Source of the DNA: Glycera tridactyla
Lineage: Eukaryota
Direction: 5' to 3'
Assembly (NCBI GenBank): GCA_965644265.1
Contig: OZ286461.1
Location: 114,948,001 to 115,012,000 of the forward strand
DNA length: 64,000 nt
Shown: positions 38,965 through 51,700 of the stretch, in pieces
Layout of the letters: each line of letters opens with the position of its first letter
How positions within the stretch are numbered: position 1 is the first letter of the stretch
Notes under the pieces: model-generated
The model's input: the letters and a program-made list of their open reading frames with translations, nothing else
Told to the model about the DNA's origin: nothing
The model's database searches: none
Position numbers and translations under genes: made by a program

Positions 38965-39460
38965 ATCACATCATACCATACCAATACCATGCCATGCCAT
39001 GCCATACCATACAATACCATAACACTCCATACCATAACAGACCATACCACTCCATACCGTACCAAACCATACCATAACACTCCATACCATAACATACCAT
39101 ACCATGCCATATCATACCATACCATGTCATGCCATACAATACAATACCGAACCACTCCATACCATAACATACCATACCATATCATGTCATACCATACCAT
39201 ACCATACCATACCATACCATACCACTCCATAACATACCATAAAATACCTTACCATACCATGTCATGCCATGTCATACCATGTCATACCATGCCATACCGT
39301 ACCATATCATATCATATCATTTCATACCATATGCTACCGTACCATACCATATCCTACGTATTCCACCATGACATACCATACCATTATAGGCTAATACCAT
39401 ACCAAACCATGCCGTACTGTACCACATCATGACATAACATATCAAATCATATCATCAGAG
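38965..39460 (+). repeat. (CCATA)n pentanucleotide array
   Basis: Direct reading. Confidence 0.95.
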
Positions 39461-41249
39461 CCTCAGGTATGGAATATAACGCATGTCATGACCTCTCCTG
39501 ATTCAAGAATGGACCATGTTATCTCCCACACCGAGTTCCTGCACTGGCTCATCTGTGGCCCCGATTACCCACCATCCTTCACACCCATCTCATGCTCTGG
39601 CTGGATGCCCTTGACCTAACCTCCTCAGCGTGGCCCTCAGAAGAGCCAACAATAGCAGGATAAATAGTAATATACTACAAGTGGCACACAGAGAGGTAAA
39701 CATAACCAGAGTAATGTGACACGTGGAAGAGCCCAGCAAGTGGCCACTACTTCTCATAGAAGGGGAGCAGTCATCCAACCTCATGAACACAGCTCGGAAT
39801 TATCCGTGTTGATCACGTATCCTTGGGCAACCAAGGTGATCGAGAGTGTGGGCATGTGATGAGCGTGGTAAACACCATCCTTTGAAGTTTGTTTATTTAT
39901 CTTTTTTCGGGGGTGTTTTACCAAGAGTAAGATTAACGCGACCCCGTGCACATTCTGGGTAGTTTGTGGTACTGGTGGGTGTGAGTAGCAGTGAAATAAT
40001 CGAGTTGTTATATCAGATCTAATGATAATCTGTTAGGATCACCTACATGCATTTTATGGAGCTTCTAGGTGTGTGTGTGTACGTGTGTGTGTGTGCGTGT
40101 ATGTGTGTGTGTGTGTGGGGGGAATGTTTGTGGATGTGTGCGTATGTGTTCGTGTGTTTTGTATTATATATCGGTATCTGGAACTCTCCTAATACCTTGT
40201 CTGTGATACCTCGAATGGTTATATAAGTCCTGCAGTCCGTCCGATGCCCCACATCATTGCATGAACGAACTATTTGGTCTATGTTTCAGTTATCTGTGAA
40301 CAAGGAATGCTTACGATCGATCATCTTCTCAGTCGTTTCAGCTCTGAATGTCCAAAACCCATACCCATTACTAGAACTCCGAATCATTTCAAAGAGTCCT
40401 CGAATCTTATCCATAATCGATCAACTTTCAGTTCCTGTAATACAGAATTACATCTAACCACTTCGATCTTCACCGGAATCCTGTAGGAACGAAGGCTTTC
40501 TTAATCTGAACAGACATTACTTCCAACCGATAGGTGTTCAAACTACTCAAGTCAATCCATGCTATGAGATGAAATACAGAATGACCACAGCAAGGTCAGA
40601 CATTCATCTGAATGTATAGTTCATCGTAAAGAAGATAACAGCACTTAGTTCCAGACATTTCCACCAGAGGCAGAATCAGCCATTCAATCCTCTTCCTCAC
40701 TCGCTGTCAATGTCATATCCCGGATGAAGATGATGTTGTGGGTGTATCGTGACCTTCTGTCAAGCAATCATCTGGCTATTGTTCCGCCATATTACAGAGA
40801 GAACTAGAAGGACTTCGAGATGTAAAAGAAATGTGAATACTCTATATACTCCTGTTGGTTTCTGCTTTTTGTTACAGGTAGGTTTCTGTCTTCCGATGTG
40901 TATGAAATCGAACACTTATCAAGTTCCTAGTGCGGTGAGTTCACGACATTACCTGCTTTTCACATTGATCAGTATACACCAGCAGACACGATGGGTTGAC
41001 ATCTCATCCCGCTTGCCCGATTTGACCAGTACGTAATTTTTGCAGGATATCAAGGAGTCATTTCTCTCAATGCAACACTGAGTGGTACCCAGGACGTGAT
41101 AGGATGGTGAAAGATGACACTTTTTCATGTGGATCCACATGAAAAAGTGTACACAAAGACAAGATATGTGACGAAGCCCCCCCCCCCCCGGATATATTTA
41201 ACTCAAGACTGCGACTTCGTGATTGTAGTTGTATTTGTCGTTGTCGTCA

Positions 41250-41382
41250 GTCTCCTCCTCCTCCTCCTCCTCCTCCTCCTCCTCCTCCTCCTCCTCACCC
41301 CTTTTCACCCTCCTTCTCCTCCTCCTTCCCCGCCTCCTAATTCTCCTCCTCCTCCTCCTCCTCCTCCTCCTCCTCCTCCTCC

Positions 41383-41424
<42 letters not shown>

Positions 41425-41430
41425 CCCTCG
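41250..41430 (+). repeat. (CCT)n-(CAT)n compound microsatellite
   Basis: Direct reading. Confidence 0.95.
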
Positions 41431-41943
41431 TCGTTGTCGCCGTCGCCATCAGCATTATCACATCAAACACTCCAAGACAAGAGTCTGAATAAAACATTCA
41501 ACGCGGACATCCTATCTCTCACTTGAAATCAGATACATTCCATACTCGGATTTATCATGGACTGAGCGTGGCCTGGAGTCAGATTTACTGGCAGATTTAC
41601 TGGCAGCAGGCAGTCAAGCAGGTGAGGGAAGCTCTAGGTTTGAGTTTTCATATGTGTGTGTTGATGTTATACTGGTGTCTAGCAGAGCAGCATCCCGCCA
41701 GCACCTCTATACAATGTGGTACTCTTTAATAATAGAGAAGACATCGGAAGCTGGCTGATGCATTAACACCATCACGATAAAACCTCCCACGCGGCCATCA
41801 AACATCCCGCATACACACTTGTAGAATGTCAGCCAGACATACAGCAATATCCTAATTGATGGACACCTCGACAGAGATTCATGCATGAGAAGATGGATGG
41901 AGAACAGTGTGTGTTTGTGTGTGTGTGTAAAAATGTAATTGTG

Positions 41944-42105
41944 TCGGTTTAGAGTCTGGTTTCCTTGGCAAATTCAGCCGACTTTACAATTACATTCGTT
42001 GGCAGGCCTGTTCATGCCTGGGCCTTTCTCATCTCCCCGGGTAGTATACAACCACAGACACAGAGTTGACTGCATGGGCTGAGCACTCTACGAACACCAT
42101 CACTG
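41944..42105. mobile_element. SINE fragment (Meta/Deu-domain-like), copy 1
   Basis: Shares CCGACTTTACAATTACATTC(G/C)TTGGCAGGCCTGTTCA and CACAGAGTTGACTGC with 57620-57805. Confidence 0.5.
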
Positions 42106-43967
42106 GGGTCTGACTCCAACACGACGCCATACATCATGCATTTGCATCTCTTGCACATCACTTGTCCCGAAACGCCCGATAATCTGTCCATCACGGTGTT
42201 TTGTTCTGCATTCATTCTGGTATAATTACTGGAAGTCGACACACCCGGACGACTAATGCATAGACGGAGCCAAATCAAGATGTATCACCCCAATGATTTA
42301 TACGTGTCACTTGCACAATTTGCTTAAGTAGACCCCACTCTCTCCACTCTCGCCCAGTAAGTACATAACGAAGTGTGGTTAAAGTGAGAGTGAGTGAGTG
42401 AAAGAGTAAATAGATAGAGAGAGAGAGGAGGGGGGGGGGGGGGAAGAGCCAGACAAGGGAAAGGATTGAGATCGAAAGTAAAAGAGTGAGAGGGCGGGAA
42501 AGTGAGAAGGCGAAAATAAGACGTGGATAAGTATGATGGGGAAGAAAATGAAGCAGAAAATATAAACAGATAAGCATGGGGGGAAAGAGGGATAGCCAGA
42601 CAGGCGGGGAGATGGTTGGACAGATCAAAGAGAGGTAACCAGAGAGCGAATCGTCTACTCCAACAAGAAAATGCCACCAAAGCGATGTCCCCACGTTTGT
42701 TGCGACTAATCTTTGAGGAGAGGATACTTCCTGTCCATGTTCATCACACAGATCAAGACAGATCGAATGTTGAGGGATGCTGAGTCATCCATCATTTTGA
42801 GGGTTGAGTGCCAGGTAATCAGCGAGAGAAATCTGCTCAGCGCCAGGGACCTCTTTCACCAAGGGGTTGATGAACCCAGCATGGCATAGCTACTCTCAAC
42901 TCCCAAGTAACATGGTTTCCAGGGAGGCCATGGCATTTGAAGGTACCTATGTCATAGTCAATGCACCTATGTCCGTCTGATAGATACATGGTGATCAAAA
43001 GATCTACACCATATTGAGTACACCTACAACCTTCTCACTTCTCATAAATCCATGGTAATTAAGGGCAACTACGCTTTCCACAGAAAACCACGATAAGTCG
43101 GAGCAACCACATGTCATTGAATGCTTCCCCCATCCTTCTCAGTAAAGCATATTCAAGAGAAACGTATCTGTCCTCATCTCAAATTATTGATACCGCCCTA
43201 CCAATATAATGTGTAGGCTGTAAATACCATAATATTCGCATATATCTACATCTATTTGAATGTACATAATTACTTATTGATAATTGTACATACATATATA
43301 GTGTTTGCTTTTTCCTACGTATCTTGCAAATCATTGTCTAACACATTGTCATCTCATTCTCACGAACTCGTAACCGCTGCAAAGAGCTCATTGAGCTGGA
43401 TGCCGTCATTGTATATGTTTACATGTATGAATAGAGTTGTTTGAATTGAATTGAATGGAATTGAGAGCACCTATTACATATCGAGGGCACGTACCCTATT
43501 AGTGATATGGACCGTAGATGTCCGTGATTTGTGAAGATGAGTTGAGATGACGGAGGAGCGCAGGACGCTCCAGGATCTGCATCCATCAGGGATTAGTTAC
43601 AGATTGCTCAGTATAGCCATGACCTCATTTATCTCATAAATGATGACCCTCATCTAGTTCTGGATGGATCCCGAGCTGATACCACCAGATGTCATCCCAT
43701 AATAAATCTCTGACTGGATTAAATTCGATTACATATTCTATAATTTGATGTCAGCGTGATGTCAACACTTATATCTGATACGTATCCTGTGCGGCCATCC
43801 TAATTTTGTACTTCCTATGAAAGGAAGACGAGATGAAAAAGCAATTAGATGATTTAGATAAGAGGAAGTGATTTGGATCCTTTTTCTTGTCACCACGATG
43901 TTGGTATTGCCAGAGAGAGGGCTGTCTGTCTGTCTGCCTGTCTGTCTTTTTGTCTTTCTGCCTGTCT

Positions 43968-43970
<3 letters not shown>

Positions 43971-44014
<44 letters not shown>
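43971..44014. repeat. (AT)n microsatellite
   Basis: Direct reading. Abuts Penelope-like element 1. Confidence 0.95.
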
Positions 44015-44020
<6 letters not shown>

Positions 44021-44094
44021 ACGTGGCTGAGAGTACATTTGAGTGTTGCCTCAAGGGTTGACCTTTGACCCCTGATCAAGGTCAGCCTGGGTAA

Positions 44095-44467
44095 TTGCAT
44101 CCAATGCAATTGCATCCAATGCAGGCGATGTGGGAGGCAATATGTGGGCCAAACACGAACAACAATCATGAAAAGACTCCAGGGGCATTTTGATAGGATC
44201 AAACGAAAAGTCTTGAGTGATGACATTGGACGACATTTCAACTCTGATGACCACTTAGGCAGGGATGACCTTGAGTTGTTTGTATTGGATTTTGTGTATA
44301 CAGACCCCATGGCCGAGTATGCAGAGAATCTGCGTCTTCTGATTGAGAAAAACTGGATACAGCGTCTGAGAACACAGCGACCTGATGGACTCAACTCGAT
44401 GTTAAAAACCAGAGACTACGGGAAAAGTAGAAACTGGAGATTCTACAAAAAAAGGAGATCAGGGTAA
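44095..44467 (+). CDS. Penelope-like GIY-YIG endonuclease C-terminal fragment (truncated)
   Basis: CRRCGRQYVGQT...KRLQGH...HFNSDDH...LRLLIEKNWIQRLRT..PDGLN matches the PLE pattern CxxC-YVG-T...R...H...HF...H...E..WI..L.T..P.GLN. Confidence 0.85.
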
Positions 44468-45080
44468 AAGATCATAATTCCGTGCCTGTCGCAACAGAAT
44501 TTTGTCAACCAGGCAGATATTTTTTCAGAATCACGGGACATCTGATGTCGTGCCCCGATTAACTCCTGGTTTTACCTATGATCATAATCTAGATATAAAT
44601 CTTTGATTCTGTGTCCCTATCCTGGGATTACCCAGGCTGACCTTGATCAGGGGTCAAAGGTCAACCCTTGAGGCAATACTCAAATGTACTCTCAGCCACG
44701 TCACTACATATTAAACTTCTTTTTGAGTTTTTTTGAGTGTATACCTGCTCTAAAGCCATCCGACCATGACGCTTATTGGGCCTCTCTGTGTAAGAGAACG
44801 CATCCGAAACCATAAACAGGCTGTCCCTGTATATGGAGTTGCCATTCATTTCAAGGTGAACAATACAGAGTGATTGTTCTAAAATCCTTGAGGGAAAGAA
44901 AGTATTCAATCCCCCCCCCCCTTTACAATCTGATTAGGCCAATCAGACCCACACTGTGACATGCTCTCTTTGACTGTGTCATGGACCTTAGTTAGGTCAC
45001 CACATAAAGGGGTTTGGGGCCACCAAGTCATTTTGGTCGCCCCCAAATTTTTCTTTGACCGTGGCATTCACGTTTCAGTC

Positions 45081-45130
45081 AGTGTCTGATGAGGAGTGTC
45101 GTCTCCAAAACCGAAGGGATGGTTCGCTAA
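45081..45130 (+). ncRNA. Degenerate hammerhead ribozyme-like motif
   Basis: CTGATGA (45086-45092), stem II GGAG/CTCC with a 6-nt loop, then AAAAC instead of GAAAC. Stems I and III are weak. Confidence 0.4.
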
Positions 45131-45427
45131 AATGGTTCCATTTTAGCCAAATAGGGGTGTAGAATATATTTGATTTGTCTCAGATAGATTTTACTGTAGT
45201 ACCCCCAAATAAGCATTGATCCTTTTTAAGGACAATACTTGTTTGTAGACATCGACGCGCATACCCATATTTGGCAGATCAAAACAAGGTCGCCAAGGGC
45301 AACGTCTTTTGCTAGGCGACTAAGTAGGATGCGTCATAGGCCTTTATAAGCGCCACGCTTTGAACCGACGGTTCAAACCAGCTTCGGTCACACTGAAAGA
45401 AGGAGGGATCCGTGCCTCGTCTACTTG

Positions 45428-45430
45428 ATA

Positions 45431-45465
<35 letters not shown>
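45428..45465. repeat. (AT)n microsatellite
   Basis: Direct reading. Abuts Penelope-like element 2. Confidence 0.95.
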
Positions 45466-45468
<3 letters not shown>

Positions 45469-46290
45469 TATCAGAGACACGAGAATCCATATACTGGATT
45501 TCATTTATGTCCACCCGAAAAGGGACTGTATTATAACGCTGAGGCTCCAGATTGAATTCGACTGGATCCACAGACTTAGAACTATGCTCCCAATGGGATT
45601 GAACACCAAAGATAGAACTCCCCTTGAGAAAAACTGTAGGACTTAGGTTTTACCGGGAGACTGGGAAAATCAAATCACACAGAAAATGAGGGGAATCCAA
45701 CCTATATGAGTTCAACCTTATATTACCAACAAACTGGAGGAGCCAATCCAAAAAGGTTTGGGGGGGAAATGTCCAATGGAATCATTGTATGGGACCTTTG
45801 CCTCGTCACATAATTTCCTCTTTAAAGGTGGTACCCAACCGAGGAGATCCATTGATCCTATTTACTCTACCCTCCAGTAGAATCACCCACAATTTGACCC
45901 CAATTATGAGTGGGCACTCACCAACGGACGCCGAATCCTATGCGACTTTGTATGCCACTTGATTCAAGGGGCATCCAGATACAACATAGAGGGATGAAGG
46001 GAGACCAGAGTCATACACTCGGTGCTTCCCCTGATCCTGGACTTGGATGGTTGAGAAATCTCAGATATTCTCAAATCATGTCATTTATTGTGTTTATTAG
46101 TAAATACAAATATATGACCCATGAATGGCTACTGATGAGGCCTATATGGCCGAAACTCGGATTGGCCGGAACTTATTGCGAAACTGAAGGTTTGGCAACC
46201 CAGGTGGACATTGCACAGTGCAAGAGTATTGCAGTGCACAGTGCCATCTACCTTGATGTCATTGTGTGTTTGGTTGCTGAGTCAACCACC
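45466..46290 (+). mobile_element. Penelope-like retroelement 2, heavily 5'-truncated
   Basis: ORF end IHILDFIYVHP...LRLQIEFDWIHRLRTMLPMGLN (45466-45646) aligns with element 1 but is divergent. Hammerhead core at 46132. The 3' boundary is inferred. Confidence 0.75.
46126..46167 (+). ncRNA. Minimal type I hammerhead ribozyme-like motif
   Basis: Stem I GGCTA (46127-46131) / TGGCC (46163-46167), CTGATGA (46132-46138), stem II GGCC-TATAT-GGCC, GAAA (46152-46155). The cleavage triplet reads GAT rather than NUH. Confidence 0.65.
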
Positions 46291-48239
46291 ATATAGCGAC
46301 GCCACCGAGTGTTGCGACGCCACCACTTAGCAACGGAATGTGACATCGATTGTGACGTCACGGCGACCATTTGTAAATAAACTTTAGTCAGAGTCTTGCC
46401 GCAGCGGGTTCCCGACGTNNNNNNNNNNNNNNNNNNNNNNNNNNNNNNNNNNNNNNNNNNNNNNNNNNNNNNNNNNNNNNNNNNNNNNNNNNNNNNNNNN
46501 NNNNNNNNNNNNNNNNNNNNNNNNNNNNNNNNNNNNNNNNNNNNNNNNNNNNNNNNNNNNNNNNNNNNNNCAGACAAGCACACACACACGTACACACGCA
46601 CACACCCACACCCACATCAACACACACAAACACACACCCACAGACACACACATATACACAGACGTACCCCCACACACATACACACACGCACCCACCACAC
46701 ACACTCTTCCTAGTCTTCTACACGACGTTGTTCACGTCTCAGTATGTAGTCCTGTCGAGATCCTGTCAAATGCTCAAAAAACTTTATAATGAGTCCAGAA
46801 AGATGGTGCTCAATAGGTCAAAACATTTTGTTCAATCTTCGAATGGTATTCGTTTTGTCAACTTCATCGAAGTCAAGATCACATCTTCATGTGTGAATGC
46901 AAATAGTATCAATCATCAGCCGATAGATTTTTTTCCATTGTAGCTAGATGAAGGTTGAAGGAAGAGAAAGATGCACAACCCACAGATCACCAAATAATCA
47001 ATTGCCATTGCAATAAATACTATGATGAGTTCAAGATGAACGATTGTGTAGCCTGAGCGCACGTCACTCCTCCTTGGGGACTGGACTCAACACCCTACAT
47101 GGGCATCTCCACAGATTCGCCAGAAATTGCTTGTCGTTTGTCGGCATCTTCATAGTAGTCGGAGGGTCAAGTCATGATGCAGGAGTTGTCCAAATATTCC
47201 CACCTCATTCCATATTCATTGCAACATGTCCAGTCCCAATGCGAATCGAATATATTGTATATTACCATATCCACTGTGTTCCCATTTCTGAAAGCTTGGG
47301 ACGTGATCATCATTTAGAAAGATCCTCAATAATTGATGGCGGCTGGAATGTGCCCGGTTTGGGCCCAAGACAAAGCAGGCCTGACAGCGAAATCCGTGAA
47401 AATCTCCTGTCTGGAGTGGAACAATAAGTCTTTGTCAAGTGTCAATAGGAGGAGCGGCTATCAAATCCACTGTCAACCTATGCCGGTCTTAATTATATGA
47501 TCAGGGTGATGCTTCTTATCTGCAGCGGTCTGGATGAATGCTTGCCATCTCTCCCAGTCTCCATGGCAACGTCGATTACCCTGAATATAGCGGCAACAGC
47601 AACTACAGCAACAGTGATAACAACAGTGATGGCTGATGGGGACAATTAGCGAACTTGATTGTGGGGCCGGCAGCGTCACTGGCAAAAAACTGCAACATCA
47701 GCATCAATTCCAGTAACAAAAACAAAAACAATTATACAGCCAGTGACGCCGACCGTGGCTACAGGCTAGGATGCACACCCTGAAAGAAATTCCTGTCTTT
47801 CCAATGTTAAATAAGTCAATTCCCCCCCCCCAACCAGCATTCCAAAAGAAATTCGAGATGTCTCCATACTGCCTGACTATGGTGCTATGTTACCTCTCTT
47901 CTCAGTTAAAAGATAAGCGTAGCATCAAGGGCTGTTTTTTAAGATAATTGGATTTGATGTCAGGGTGTTAGGGATTTCTCTCACCTACCCATGGAGGATA
48001 CCCCTATGGGCCTGGTTGCTCACAAGGGATCATCTAAATACATGTTCTCAATACAAGTTTCTACCCATTGTTTCGATCAACCGAACATGTACTTCTATTC
48101 ATAAAACAGAAAATGTTTCATCCCACATTGTCGTCAGTAGTATAGAGCTCTCATTGTGATTTCCCAACACAGTTCTTGATCTACCAAGCGCCTATTGGAT
48201 GACAGCAGTGCCACCGTGACCACGTTTAGGGTAATGTGC

Positions 48240-48750
48240 CCTATAGGGGCAGTAGCAGCTTCAACAATATCGGTGCACAAGAAAATAGCAACGGTAAGAA
48301 GGACAGTTATAGCAGCAGCGAAAACTACAACAACTACAACAATTATATCAATAGTTAATCGTGATGTCTGCTATGATATTCGAGGCAGTAGCATCAGCTA
48401 CACATTTGGTACGATAACAGCGATGGGAATCAGGACTACAATAGCACCAACAACAACAACAACAACACGGCCAGCAGCAATAAAAATGAAATAGATGGTA
48501 AATATTAATGCTAACTATGATAATAGGGGAAGTAGTGGTAGCAACAATGTTGGTAATGAGGCCAACATTGACGATGAGAGCAACGGCTGCAGTAGCAGCA
48601 GCAGCAGCAGCAGCAGTAACAACAGCAGCAACACTAGTAACATTCGCAGTAAAGCCAACTGAGGTAGTACGAACAAAAATTACCACAGAAGCAGAATCAA
48701 CAACAGAAACAGGAACAGCAACCACAGATGCACTCGAATATGTATCACTG
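48240..48750 (+). repeat. (AAC/AGC/CAG)n-rich low-complexity tract
   Basis: Direct reading. Explains the Thr/Ala-rich ORFs. Confidence 0.8.
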
Positions 48751-51700
48751 CATCGAATGGTGGATACCATCAGGTATCATTATTCTGATGATGAAACGAT
48801 GCAGCAACCCTGGTATTGAAAGCTGTCACAGTTTTGCGCTTGACACATGCATTTATAAAGGAAATATTGGATGTGTCCGGAATCAGGGCCGACCACCCAG
48901 ATATCATTTTAGTACATTGTCAGAGTAGTGTGCCCTGGCGGAGACCTCTGCAGGTTGGCTGTCATGTTAATGTGCAGAATGGAGAATAGTGATGTCACAT
49001 TTGGCAGGTGTACTGATTACTGTCATGTGCTGGTGACAATCCCCATTCAGCTGTACATTCCAAGTGAATAAAGTCCGCCTCATATCAGATGAGAGCTGTC
49101 AGACTTCGTTAGCTTGGAGAAGGGACCAAGGAACTAATAGGGTAACACCTCATCATGTGTCACCACTGATACCATAGATACATTCTATCGGCCACAATTT
49201 GATCCATCTTCAATTTGTCTTACATTTAGATCATTTCTGCGGCATTAGACATCTGTCAAGAATTTGCAGTATTCATGGTCAATTTAACTTGTCCCCTGAT
49301 TCCAGTCTTTCACGGATTTTCATTACACTAAAAGTGTGGGATGTGATTGATTGATTGATTGATTGAGTGAGTGATTTGGGGTCGGTTTCCCCCTCAATCT
49401 GGACATAATTGCTCGTGGGGCTCTACACTAAGGGCTACCTCACTTGATTTTTCTTTCTTGAGGCAGGTGATTTCATTTGTCTGTCTGCCAAATAGACAGA
49501 TACCTGACCCTCACTTAGCCCACAATTATATGCAAGAAAGCAGGTGAAAATCGGAGGGAGGGCGAGTGAGAATCCAAATCCATCTGCTAGAAGGACAGCT
49601 GCTGGAGAAAAAGGAAAAAAAAGTTGATGTNNNNNNNNNNNNNNNNNNNNNNNNNNNNNNNNNNNNNNNNNNNNNNNNNNNNNNNNNNNNNNNNNNNNNN
49701 NNNNNNNNNNNNNNNNNNNNNNNNNNNNNNNNNNNNNNNNNNNNNNNNNNNNNNNNNNNNNNNNNNNNNNNNNNNNNNNNNNNNNNNNNNNNNNNNNNNN
49801 NNNNNNNNNNNNNNNNNNNNNNNNNNNNNNNNNNNNNNNNNNNNNNNNGAACGTGCGCGTGGACGTGCGTGCATGTATATGTGAGTGTGTGTGTGTGTTT
49901 CAGTGAGTGGACTGTGTGTATGGTTGTGTAAAGGTATTTCTGTGTGTATGTGTGTGTGGTTGTGTGTGCATAAGTAGGTGAGTGTATGGGAGTATGTGTA
50001 TTGGAACTCGAGTGTATGGCTGTGTGAGGGTGTGAGAGAGTTCACGCGTTCGTGTGTGCATGTGAGTGTGCGCGTGTGTGTGCCTGTGTGTGTGTGTCAC
50101 GATGCATGTGTATATGAGATACTCGCCGCTCTTCAATCACATTGCATCTCCATCCTTCCATCAAAGACATTCTTTACTCTATTCCCTTCTTGCTTGATTT
50201 GGAGGCAGATTAGGAGTCAGAGCTGGCTGTCAGTCGGAAGCATTGATCAATCAGTGGCTGGAGGGCAGGTAGATGTCATGGCAACAATCGGTATCCATCA
50301 GCTACACAGACATCTTGACAAGTTGATGTCAGTCTCTGATTACTTGTCAGACATCATTCAACTTGATAGATAACCAGCAGCCACCCATGCACATCTATCT
50401 TGATCGGAGACTTTTTTTCACTCTGATGACAGGTATGGCTCGTTCGATCATCTTATTTTGAAATACTGCAACCACCCTTCCTCCGTCAATACCGCAAAAA
50501 GATTCATCAAACCAGATTCATCAAACATCTGTGGAATGTTTTAATCGATCTTTTGTTGCAATTTGTTATACATTTTCATGTCTTAAATAGCAGCGAAGTT
50601 GTTGTTTAGGATGTCCTGGAACCTGAGTGAGTGAATGAGTGAGTGAGTGAGTGAGGGGGATGAGTGAGAATGAATTGGTGAGAGGCTAAACGCGTGAATA
50701 ATAATGAGTGATTTAGTGATGAAAGTGTGTAAGCGGTTGGTTGCGAGTGAGAGATTGATTGAGAGAGTGAGAGAGTGACCAAGTGAGTGACCGGGTGAGT
50801 GATAAAGTGAGATGGCATTGTTCCTGGTAAGCAAATTTCGCATTCTTCGTATCCTCGCTGGTTTCATGAAAAGTATCAGTGTAATCGGTGAAAACATATA
50901 GATGCGCAACTTACCCACTTTTTCATGATAATGAAGGAGATGAACCATGAATAGAAGTTCCTTTCTGCCTAACAAGAACGCAGAAATACATGAATTTTGT
51001 AATAGCCAAAAGATGTCGACTATTGTACCACTAATGATGCTATTCACCTTTCACAGTGGGCGCCGCCATCTTGGAAAAAAAACGTCTTTGCTCTGAGCTT
51101 TGTGTCAGAGTACTTCCGGTCGCCAGGAACTCGTGGAATCATTCAGAGAAAACCACNNNNNNNNNNNNNNNNNNNNNNNNNNNNNNNNNNNNNNNNNNNN
51201 NNNNNNNNNNNNNNNNNNNNNNNNNNNNNNNNNNNNNNNNNNNNNNNNNNNNNNNNNNNNNNNNNNNNNNNNNNNNNNNNNNNNNNNNNNNNNNNNNNNN
51301 NNNNNNNNNNNNNNNNNNNNNNNNNNNNNNNNNNNNNNNNNNNNNNNNNNNNNNNNNNNNNNNNNNNNNNNNNATCGTCATCCTCACCATCTTCAACCTC
51401 ATCGTTATCTTCATCCCCACCGTCGTCGCTGCACCGAAGTCACCATCGTCATTGCCATCCTCATTGATGTCGTGTTGCTCGTCGTCCTTGTCATTATCGT
51501 CAATATCAATAGCTTTGCCGAGGCATAATCTACTTCCTGCCCAATACCATGACTGGACGTCCTTGGGACCTGGCGTGACCTATCCAGAATTCACACCTGA
51601 GTGGCTTGCTCGCAGGCCTGTATTTGTTATATGAAGTGTCTTGGCACACTATCACCTGCCCGATTCTTCCCCACGCATGGATGAACCATACCAAAGAAGC

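Larger units (their letters stand above)
44011..45420 (+). mobile_element. Penelope-like retroelement 1, 5'-truncated (GIY-YIG end plus putative pLTR)
   Basis: GIY-YIG C-terminal ORF, 85-bp inverted repeat (44011-44095 / 44627-44711) and a hammerhead-like core at 45086. The 3' boundary is inferred. Confidence 0.8.
3932..51373. other. Nine assembly gaps: 3932-4178, 8615-8763, 16796-16955, 22017-22150, 28345-28694, 33499-33659, 46419-46570, 49631-49848, 51157-51373
   Basis: N-runs. Most abut simple repeats, or correspond to a microsatellite in the paralogous copy. Confidence 0.99.

Noticed and set aside
40878-40934. 57-nt plus-strand exon-like segment (TTTTTGTTACAG ... GTGAGT)
   Set aside because: Isolated, with no recognisable product or partner exons. 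Compatible with chance.
46330-46418. LTR-like fragment (TGT...AATAAA)
   Set aside because: No second copy, primer-binding site or internal domain. It is cut off by a gap.
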